This document shows positions 26,301 through 37,200 of a DNA stretch of 64,000 nt, in pieces. The translations under genes and the position numbers were made by a program. Each line of letters starts with the position of its first letter. Position 1 is the first letter of the stretch. The DNA comes from Antedon mediterranea (Eukaryota; Animalia; Echinodermata): positions 32,857,648-32,921,647 of the forward strand of contig NC_092673.1 of NCBI RefSeq assembly GCF_964355755.1, read 5' to 3'. The notes below the pieces were generated by a model. That model made no database searches. It was not told the DNA's origin and saw only the letters and a list, made by a program, of their open reading frames with translations.

Positions 26301-27646
26301 AGTGCCAGTATACCGTGTAGTTTAGCCTCAAGGCAATACCATGTACCGTAGCTGGAGTAGCTTGGAAAAATACAGTAGAGATTTATGAGACTTGGTGTGT
26401 GATGATTCAGTATGATAAATTTGTGCTGTGAAAGACAAAATTGTAGAATTAGGAAGAAAATATTGTAAAATATAACAAGGAAATTATACTATAGTATAAT
26501 TAAGGGGTAACCGTATAATACATAATTAATAGTAATAATGGCAATTACTTATATTATGTATAAATTACAATATTACAAATAAATTCATATATTATTTTAT
26601 TATAAGGAAATCTGTTTTAGAATGAGAAAAAGCCGTCCCAACACAGATTTGAACCCAGCTATCAATAAAGCTATAAAACAAAATAGACCATATTGTAGCC
26701 GGACTGGGTAGCGTAGACTTACTTGAGGCCTAGGCATAGTACGATTAGCTAGAAGGATACAGGTCAACCCGTACCCATGCCATGCCAACACGCTCGTACC
26801 CAAATTTTGGTTTAAATATATCCAAAATTTTGGCTTACTCGTACCCATCATGGGCTGCCTAGTAGTAGTAGTAGTAGTAGTGGTAGCCTAGCCTAAGGCA
26901 GCAGGCCCGGCCCTAGCCTACTACAACTTAAGTCTAGGCCTAGCCTAGTAGGCCTCTAGGCCTAGCCTAGCTAGAGGCCCTAGGCCTAGTAGTTAACATC
27001 ATACATACACCCTAGAGCCTAGTAGTAGCTACCTACTACTCACTAGCTAGGCCTAGGTAGTAGCAGTAGTAGTTATTGTAGTAGTATTATTGTATTGTAG
27101 TATTAGTTGTAGATGTCCGGTGATCCTTGGTCACTTGTCTAGATCCCCTAGTAGGCCTAGGCTAGGCCTAGTACGTAGTTATTCTTCAACAGTCACACAA
27201 TTCAGATTCTGCCGGCCGCTGATTGCTAGTGAACAGGGGGAGGGAGAGAAAGAGTTAGAAGAACTGAAATAAGCCGTGACGTATAATAAACATCATACAA
27301 AATAATAATATAACTAACGAATCCGTATAATATAATAATGTTGTATGTTATAAAGTAAAGTAAATGCGTTTAATATAATACAATTATATTATAATATAAT
27401 GTATTTTATTAATAATATAATACTAAATGTTCATAATATAATGCTAAAACCAAATAATATAATACAAAAAGTCAATAATTTGTTACATTTTTCACATAAT
27501 ATATTAGAAATAGATATAATATAATGCTAAAACCAAGTAATATAATGCAAAACGTATAATTCATTACAATACAATATATAATATAATAAAAAATTGATAT
27601 AATAATATAATATTTTGAATACTTCAGACAGCTGAGGCTTGCCATA
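20384..27646. mobile_element. Giant palindromic non-autonomous DNA transposon (IS3EU-like termini), ~3.54-kb inverted arms and ~180-bp spacer
   Basis: 20384-23924 is the reverse complement of 24108-27646; mirrored ORF pairs have identical or near-identical translations (22210+/25642-, 20757-/27090+). Termini TATGGCAAGCC/GGCTTGCCATA; 6-bp TSD GAAAAC at 20378-20383 and 27647-27652. Confidence 0.93.
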
Positions 27647-28910
27647 GAAAACCCAGAATAAACATGTTGTTTTATTATTATTAGTTATTTATGGAGTAGA
27701 ATTTGTTTAAGTTTAAAAGAAAATGTATTTTTTGAAGGTGCCAATTTAATTTCGTCGGGGAGATCATTAAATAATTTTGTGTCACTATAACGGATATTAT
27801 GTTGCATTAATGTTAATTTGGTAAAGGGAGGGTGGAGATTACAGGAGGATCTAGTTTTATGGGTATGAATGCTATTATTTTTTATAAAGTTGCAAGAAAG
27901 TTTGGTTGGAAGTAGACAGTTGACATGTTCATAGACGAAGGTGCATTGTTGGAGGATATTGATGTTTTGGACAGTTAATAATTTAAGGTCAGAGAAAAGC
28001 TCACTAGTGTGATCTAGGCGTGAAACATATTGAATAAAATTGGACCAAGACAACTGCCCTGAGGTATACCCGATGTGACTGGAAGTACGGAAGAAGTAGC
28101 CCCCCTGAAACAAACTTTCTGATTCCTGTCAGTCAAGTATGAAGATATCCATTTCCAGATATTACCTTGAATATTAAAATTTACAGCAATTTTTGTTAAT
28201 AAGATGTCGAAGGGCATTTTATCAAATGCTTTGCTCATGTCTATAATTGCTGGCTCACGTTTGTCAAGAATTTTTGACCAGTGATAGGTAACATTATTGA
28301 GTTGAGTTACGCAAGATTTATGTTTGACAAAACCATGTTGATTAGGGTTAAGTAAACCGTTGTCATACGTAAAGTTATTAATGTTATTTACGATAATCTT
28401 CTCTAAAATTTTACACACCAATGAAGAAAGGGCCACTGGTCTATAATTAGTTATCGCTGCCTTATCGCCAGATTTATGAACTGGAATAGTATTTACACAT
28501 TTCCAATCATTGGGCACAGTACCAGTATTAAGGGAAGTACGATATAGCAACCAAAGGGGATAGGCAATTGAATGCGATATCGGCTTGAGTAATTTGACTG
28601 ATATTAAGTCTGGTCCAGGAGCGGAATTAGACCGAAATGTAGATATGGTGTTAATTATATCATTCGGACTAAATGAAATATCAGCATAGTGTGATCAATG
28701 GTATCGAATGCCTTAGAAAGATCTATGAATAGGCCAGACGAAAACAACTTATTATGAATAGCATCCACAATGTTGTTGGTAAGATCAATTAAAGCAAAAG
28801 AAGTGGAATAATTTTGTCTGAAACCGTATTGTTTATTGTAGAGAATGTTGTTTTGGTTAATGAAATCATACGTACGGTCATAGATAAGTTTTTCAAGAAT
28901 CTTGTGCATT
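27647..28910 (-). mobile_element. Mosaic CR1-type LINE ORF2 fragments
   Basis: Three minus-strand pieces: KQYGFRQNYST...FIDLSKAFDTIDH (28680-28909); APGPD...NYRPVAL...QHGF...GIPQGSCLGPILF (28025-28680); ORF2 C-terminus HTHKTRSS...FNDLPDEIK (27685-28025). Confidence 0.88.
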
Positions 28911-30520
28911 AAAATGTGTTAAGAAACTAGTAATTGTATGAATATTATTTTAATTAAACACACTGTGTATACTGTAAAAAAACAATTTAAATCAATCATA
29001 ATGAAAACGTTATGAGAGTAGATATACACAAATTGTAAACGAATGTGAAATAAATGAAATTTATTAGTATCTGTATTGTGTTTAATTTAGACAATTACAG
29101 TATAGGGACTATGGACTGTGTTAACTTGCTAAAATTGAACATTATGAGAATAGTTTTAGAACAATAAATATGTTCATGGAGAAATTATATATTTCACACA
29201 TAAAAGTAAGATATTATGCTGTCATATTATTTATGTTCTGATTCCCTGTGTTTAGATAAGGATGCTTTAGACCAGGTCCGCCAAATATTATTAGCCAATC
29301 AAAATTGTATACTTTTTTGAGGGAAAATGTTATCCTCCTCTGAAGCCTAAAATTTGCATGTCCAGTATAAAAGTGGAATGTAATAGATATTAAAGGGAGG
29401 AAGAGAGAATAAGATCAGAGTAGATAAACGGAAAGATGATAAAGAAAATAAGGCTTGACTGGTAGTAAGATGTATTAATCGAGTTACAAGAAATAAAAGT
29501 TCTAGTTGAGTTAAATATACTTTTTGTATGAGTTATCATTCAGTGACAGTGTACGTCGCGTGGAGTTATATATATACGCCTGAGAAAGCTCGGAACCAAC
29601 TAAAATATTCACTACATATGCATACAATTGGATAAAAATAATTATTATTTTGTTAGACTAGAGTCTAATTTTAATTTGTATAATATACGCAAATGAAAGA
29701 GAAAGGTTGTGAAAACAAATAGTAATAATAATTTGATTGCTTAACAATGGTGGCTGGGAGATACTATACCCATGGCACGCTAGGACGGACATAACTATGT
29801 CAAGTTGACCTCGTGCCATACATACCCTTTTCCGGCATGCAGTGTACTCTTATGAAAGTTGTGGTTCACTGTTTACGCATGGCGTATGTAACTAAACTAA
29901 AAAAGTGATAGGTAAATGTAATTTTTTTACTATGGTTTTCTCTCCCTTCTTCCCACCTCCCTTAGCATTTAAACAATTGTAACATCCCACCACCGTCTTT
30001 TCCCTCAACATTATTTTCTTCTATAGCGTTCTATTTATATTCAAACTTAGTTTCAGTGACTTGTTTAAAACACAGCGAAAACCACCCCGACCATCATTGT
30101 TGTTATATGTTTGTCGTCAACTCATTTCGTTGTTTTCGTTTTTTTTATTTACAGTCGGATTGTGTTTTCATCTTTTTAAAAGTTTATCTGTCAATTTTGT
30201 CTGCATTGTTCCCGTCGTCATAATTAACATGGTACAACTTTAAATCTGTGACTTTGTATATTATACAAAACTAAATATAAAGGTATATAGTAATTTATAC
30301 ATTTCAGTATCTTCATCGTGTTTTTATTCTACTCACTACTTACTGCTTAATCATACTAACACAATAAAGCACACACACATAACGTGATTCTAATTCTAAA
30401 AGCACAATTTATTTTTAAAACCAAATCACCAAACAAATTTACTTAGTTTATACGATTATTGTTTATGAGTAGGCCTATATATTTTATATATTTTAAAATA
30501 CTAAAGTAATATGCTTATCA

Positions 30521-30527
<7 letters not shown>

Positions 30528-30555
<28 letters not shown>

Positions 30556-30858
30556 CCAAAGGCAAATTACTGAAAAAAATGACAATGCTGTGGGTATCAG
30601 TGGCTGGATCTCAATGGAGATACAAAAATAAAAAGCGAAAAGCTAAATCAAAACGATAAAGTAAACAGCCAGAAAAGTTAGCAGAGCTTTCGGGCAACAC
30701 TAGCCCTTCATCAGTGCAAGTGAAGGAATTTGGATAACGTCAGAGTATAAAGCTGGCAAGTGCTGCCTGGGTGGACAGGAATAATAGAAATATAACAAAG
30801 GGAGCCAGGGTGGAGTCTGAATAAGAGTGGAAAACAAAGAAGGTAGCTGATATATATA
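30528..30858 (-). mobile_element. Non-coding Penelope pLTR-like mini-element with (TA)n ends
   Basis: Bounded by (TA)n and a 12-bp direct repeat TATCACTAATAT (30516-30527 and 30859-30870). Contains a hammerhead core. Confidence 0.65.
30681..30717 (-). ncRNA. Minimal type I hammerhead ribozyme
   Basis: Minus strand reads gca-CTGATGA-a-gggc-tagtgtt-gccc-GAAA-gc-TC-tgc: stem I gca/tgc, stem II gggc/gccc, palindromic AGCT stem III, CUC cleavage triplet. Confidence 0.8.
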
Positions 30859-31545
30859 TATCACTAATATTATATATATCTTAACTGTTTGGGCTACCCT
30901 GGGTAAATAAATGTAAATAATAATAATAATAATAGGTTTACCACTAATTTGAGCATTAACACTTCACCTAAACTACAATATTTCGATTAACTACGGTAGG
31001 TTAGTTATACATTTATCATTAAAGCAAATTTGAATATAGTAATTTACTGGCTGCCTGCTAGGTTCTAGACGTACGGCAATTCGGCTTAATATATTAATAA
31101 AAAGAATACCATTTTGGCATATATGGCGTGCCATAACTTTACAGGGTAAAAAAACTAAATAAATTGCCCGCTGATGGCGCTACGTCAAATAACGAAACAA
31201 TCAAGTATATAAGTGATCTCACGCGGAAACAGTAATATAATGTAATATCATTATTGTTCATAAATTCTTCAATAAACTGGCAAAGCTTAACTAATTGCAA
31301 ACATTTTTCAAAAATAGTCAAAACTTGTTACTTATATTTTCAAAGTCATTAAAATGAATATTTCTAAACAGGGAATTAAAAGTATAGGTCTACTACAAAC
31401 TTGTAAACATTACATTATACACTACTACTAAATTAACACATTAAATGAAAAGAATAATTATTATACAATAATATAGGTAATCTACAATATGTAGGTATAA
31501 ATTAACAATAAGAATACAATATCATAATGAAATGCAACTATATTA

Positions 31546-31622
31546 GGCCTAAAAAAAATAGTTTGTTTGCTGTCAAGTTTTTTTTTTTTTGGTAGAGGGG
31601 GGCGGGTGGAAAAAAGTTTAAA

Positions 31623-31654
<32 letters not shown>

Positions 31655-32822
31655 AATTTCTCTGTTAATTGCTCGCGAATTTGAGAGTAACAAAACACAC
31701 TGAATAAAACAACGAGCTCAAAACTCTATTCATAATTTGTTTCACACTTTAATTCTGTTTTGGGCGCGTTAGGCCCCGTGTCTTAACTAGCCTAGGCTAG
31801 GCCAACTACTACACAGTAGGTCGTTGTTAGCAGGCCTAATTAAATATTTTAATTTTTAGAAGCTAGTGTACCGTATATTTCGGTGTATAAGTCGCACCTG
31901 TGTATAATAAGACGCACCCGACCCCTAACTGAGAGTAAAATATCGGTATTTTGTATATCGTCGATGTATAAGACGGCCGCGCCTAGCCTCAACAAGAAGG
32001 GAAGTCCCCCATTCCGTCAGTTCTTTCTAACTTGTTATGAATTATGAGTGCATGACCGCACGTGTGTGTGGGCTAGCCTCGCTCGATCCTTTTATCGAGA
32101 GGCGCACGTTTTCACGGACAATCGTATTCGATTAGTATCTATGTATCCTAGAAGTGTGTACGCTAGGTCTATGCTATAATCAACTGGAGAATATACTAGT
32201 CGAATACTGTGTACACAATGTGGTTGCCAAGAAGGGCTCGCTCGCGCTGGGGGTACGACGGTCGTGCGTATAACTATAATACTATTCCAATCGTAAACGT
32301 CGTTTTCAAATGAAATTTTATCGGAGCGCCTAAAACAGCTCCATAATGAACAAATCTTTTCATCATATTTAGTACAAAATCACGCTAAAATGCCTTGAAA
32401 ACTAGCAGGTTGCTGTTACGCTAGTACACTGTAGCTAGGCTAGGCCTACTCTTTAGACTTTAGTAATACTAATAGGCCTAGGCCTTACCTTAAAAATCCC
32501 AGGCCTTGCCAACGAGGTGGCGATATCTGTGTGTTGAGGCATTTATGTTCAGTGTATAAGACGCACCCTTAATTTAGAGGTTAAATTTGCGTGTCAAAAG
32601 TGCGATTATACACCGAAATATACGCTACGTTATTATTTTTATTGTTTCATCCTCGCACACTCGATTTTTACACCTTTTCGGCCAAAAAAAATCATTAAAA
32701 AAAATTTTTTTTTTAAAGCGCCCTCAACGTAAAAAAAAAACTTTTTCTTATTTCCGCCCCAAATTTTTGCCGAAATTAGGGGCGGCGGATGACAGCAAAC
32801 AAAGTATTTTTTTTTTTTGGCC
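31546..32822. mobile_element. MITE with GG..CC ends and 3-bp TTA TSD (Zator or PIF/Harbinger type)
   Basis: TIRs ggcctaaaaaaaatagtttgtttgctgtca / tgacagcaaacaaagtatttt...ggcc, with TTA on both sides. Confidence 0.75.
31871..32625. mobile_element. Tc1/mariner-pogo-type MITE nested in the previous element
   Basis: TIRs ccgtatatttcggtgtataa / ttatacaccgaaatatacgc, TA TSD, and internal repeats of tataagacgcaccc. Confidence 0.85.
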
Positions 32823-33706
32823 TTAGCCTAAAACTATACAATTATTACCATTACACCATTACAGAAATATTAATTATGGAAATTATAAGAAAAAAACAAC
32901 GAAATAAAATCAAATTATGTTAATCAAAGGTAACAACAAAATTGAAAAATATTTTGTTGATTCACCACTGCAAGTTAACTAATAGTAATGATATATGTGA
33001 ATGGATATAATTGCAAGTGGATACAACGTACGAGTGTGGATAATAGTAATATACGAAGGATTTAATAATGTGAGTGAATGATTATTACACAATTATATGC
33101 GAAAAAATTATTTTGAAAAAGTTCTTCAAACTCAAGCTGAGGTAACTATTTCCTAATAAAGCAAATCTAACTCTAAATTTACAATTTGTATTTAAAAAAA
33201 ATATTGATACATTCATTCATTTACTGTATTCAATAATATGTAGGCTACTGGCCCAAGTACAATAATTAAAATGTACTTTTAAATTTGAGTAGTGGTAACA
33301 GCAAAATAACTATTTCTCTTTTTATATGCGAAAAAGGTTTACTAGGCCTATAAACGATGTTCCAATGTAATATATAATGCTAACATTACTTAATACTACA
33401 CAATTTGTACAGTAATATTATTGAAAACATTCATCACTGAATTAGATAATTATGACACTAATATTACAAAGTAGGTTCATTAAAATGTTTTAATGAAAAA
33501 TATAATTGACAATTGACAATGATCAAATTAAAACGTATGGATATGCCGTCACATTATAATATTGAATTGTTCTCAACTGTTACAAGTGTCGTTGTCTTAT
33601 TAAATTAAAATTAAAAATTAAATGATAAGTAAACATTGATATAATAGGATTATGTATAGTGTATTATGGATTTGTTGTAAAATGCAATGTATGATACTGT
33701 ATAAAT

Positions 33707-33980
33707 CAGCGTTCCGCAAACTTTTTATCTCGCGGACTAAAATCCTCTTCCCGGAACCAACCTGCGGCCCAACTTCACAACTGCACCAACGAAATGAAGG
33801 TAATGAAAGTCCGTGACACCTCAGCCCCAACGGTTGGAGCTGATGTAAGAATATTTTAGGTCCCAGTTTTCAGCAACACCAAATCATGTTTTTTTCACAA
33901 TTTCATAAGCCACTCCGCGGCCCTTCAAAGGTGTTTCGCTTCCTAAGTTTGGGTCGCGGCCCATAGTTTGCGAAACGTCG
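33707..33980. mobile_element. hAT-type MITE
   Basis: cagcgttccgcaaact / agtttgcgaaacgtcg termini with an exact 8-bp TSD GTATAAAT. Confidence 0.85.
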
Positions 33981-34217
33981 GTATAAATTAATGACATTTT
34001 GTAATGTTTTTAGACAATCTTCAAAAAACTAGCAAAATACCTATTATACAACAGTGTAATATTCAAAATGCCATGGAAAGCCTACATGCCACTGTCCCGT
34101 ACAAAAGTGTACATATAATAATGAAGTTGGTACTGTACAATTGCACGTCCATTAACAGTAGAGCCTAGAGGAATAGTCGCAATTTATCAATCGCTCTTAT
34201 ATCAATTTGTTGGTTAT

Positions 34218-37200
34218 TCAAATGTCGTACCATTTTCTCATATCTCTCTTCGCGTCTTCCATTGTAATATCATTCCATCCGGCTGGGATATCAGCTTCCT
34301 TAGCATTGTAGTATTCAGCAAGTTCAGTATTGTATGTTGCCATGAACCATTTCCAGAACGCCTCTGCCTCGCCTGGAAGTGGTTCAATTTTCCATGATGC
34401 GTAGTAGTCATTTACAGTCTTATACTCTCTATAATTAATATATTTGAAGTTCGTGTGTGAATTTTTAAATCGATGATTACACATTACTGAAGTTGTGCAC
34501 AGATCTGTAACGAGCTTTCTAGAAAAATGGTTGAAATATCCAGCAATTCCTTGTGGTCTGTGACATTCTGTACGATGGTGATCATGTTTGCCATGAAGTT
34601 CACATAGAGCTTTACAAAATGGACACACATTCTGACAAGCTAGTAGATCAGCTGTAAAGAAGTCACAACAGGATGTGCTTATTTCACTGAAAAGTCTACT
34701 AACGTAGGCGTTTATTATGGTTTCTTCGACGCTGTCTAGTTCCAACATTAATTTATCACTAAGTTCTTTCAAATCCAGTTCTGCCTCATCATCAAAAAAC
34801 ATCATATCTGTTTTTACGCATAACTCTTCATTAATGTATTCGAGTAAGATTGACCACCATGATTTCATTGTGGTACTGTCACGGTAAATCATACCGCTTA
34901 CATTTACATTAATGATAGCCTGCTTTAATCTAGCTAGTATTTCACGAACTTTAGAATTGTATATTTCTTTAAGTACAGAGCTACCGAAAGTGTCATTTTC
35001 CTGAAAACATATTTTCTCTATTTGTTTAGAGGTGAACGTTTTGATGGATTGAATTGGATTAGATAAATACTGCACAAAGGATTGGAAATCACCCTTTTCT
35101 GCCATTTCAATCAACATCCATGCGTGGAGAGACATCTTACTAGAAAGCCCTTTACCCGAAGAATATCTTAAATTGTCGATTACTCCAAGTTGACATTTCT
35201 CTGAAATTGCTGTTTTGATAGCACCTGCAAACTCTCGAGATATAGCCGATACAACTTTTACAACTATGTGCAAATCTTTACATTCTTCTTTGAACATTTC
35301 CCATAATCTTTCTTTTTGAGACTCCATGTATTTTTTAGGATCATTTTCAATATCGTATTGTTCCTGCATTTTTTCCAAGCTGGGAAGTAGTGCAACCTTG
35401 AAATTGCATAAAGATAGTTGAATGTTTGCTTTTTTGGTAATGCCAACGTTCTCATCCATTTTTATCTCGCCAAGTTTACAAGATAATGACTCAAACAGTT
35501 CAAATCCAAGTTGTTTAGTGTAATTTCTTCCATTCTGTGCATGCTTTGCGATTTTGGTTTCTAATGTTTCTAGAACTTGCTGTTTTTGGCAATTAGCTTG
35601 AATCACATATCTTCCAATATTTGTGGGGCCGGACGTTGTTGATTGACATGGCATATTTTCGTTGTCAAAATACAAGTCTGTTTCAAGAACATTTTTAGAA
35701 ATGTCAGACTGTAGTACACGGTTAACTATCAATTTTTCGTCTTTTATGTAAAACTCTTCAGTAATTTCTTCAAAAGACTCTTTAATATGTACTTGTTCAC
35801 CACTTATTGGTATGTCAGAAACCCACGTATTCCAATTTTTAGCAAACTCACTTTTAAGATCTGCATCAGTGAGTTGTTTCTTTCTAAACATGTCAGCAAG
35901 TTTCTTGGCTTTTTGATATATCTCTCGTTCATGCTTTTTAATGTTGTCCTCAATCTCAACTCTTCTAATCGTTTTATTCCGAATAGATGTAAATTCATCT
36001 TTTAGGTCCTTTTGAATTTCTTTACAAAGATCATCAAGTTGGGATTCAATTTTAAATTTCCATTGACATGCCCTCTTTTCTTTTTCAAAATAAGATGCCA
36101 TGCTTGATTGAAAATTAGCGATGTCTGATTCCTCTAATTTCTTCAAGTATTTCTTCAAAATGTGTTTACCATCTTTCCTGATCTCTTCTGCTGTTAGTTT
36201 TTTACATTCATTTTGAAGACTGTAGCTATATTCCAGTGCGTTTCTTCTGAATGTGCGGGCATGCTTCACATATTCTTTATTCATTGCATTAAAATCTTGA
36301 ATCTCAAGAGAATTTTTGAAACTGAATACAAAATCTTGACACAATATTGCTTTCCAAAGGTCGCGCAACAATATCGTGAACTCATCTATGGTTTTAGGTA
36401 CGGAATTCCTCATTATTTCCAAGACTTGTTTCTTTACTTCAAGAACGCATTTACTGTATCCTGGGATAGGGTTCGCCATCGGTGGATCTCCTTGCCAAAG
36501 GCTGGAAATGTACATGATATGTTTGTTTTCTTGAAATTTAATGACATCAGAAAAACATTTATATCTTTCACTACAATTCTCTTCTTCTGCTGCAATTTTT
36601 GTGATTTTGTCCAACATTTCTCGCATACGTCTTTTTTGTGTCGTATTAAGATCAGATGCTGTGACGTCAGTGATGTTTTGATGTACAAATAAGCAGCTGG
36701 GTTTGATTTGACGAATATGTTCCATTTTCATAAAATAAATTTGAAGTGTGTCGTTCATGTTGGTTGGGTTTTCTCCCATAATATTTATTATGGTAAGATC
36801 ACACATACCAATCACAAGCGTAGCAAGTTCATTATCACGATTGTTGGTCTGTTGATCACTGGCGAATTCAGAAGACCGCAAACCCTCAGTGTCAACCACA
36901 AGAATGTAGTCACATTGTGTTTCTTCTGGTAAACTTGTATCCAATGAAACCAACTGGGCGGATATACCTTTAGTACATCTGCCTGCACTAACAGAAAATT
37001 GTAAACCAAACATGACATTTAAAAGGGTTGATTTTCCGCTACTTTGAATGCCTATTACCGAAAGCACAAACAGTTTTTTATTACCAATTTGTTCCTTAAG
37101 AGAACTGAACACGGCTTCAATCCAAGTGAGAGGCACGTGGGCTGCATCACCATCCAGTAGCTCAATGGGATATCCATGTAGTAACATTTCAGCAGCAACT

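Noticed and set aside
20757-27272. Pairs of identical small ORFs on opposite strands
   Set aside because: They are a by-product of the inverted repeat and have no recognisable domains.
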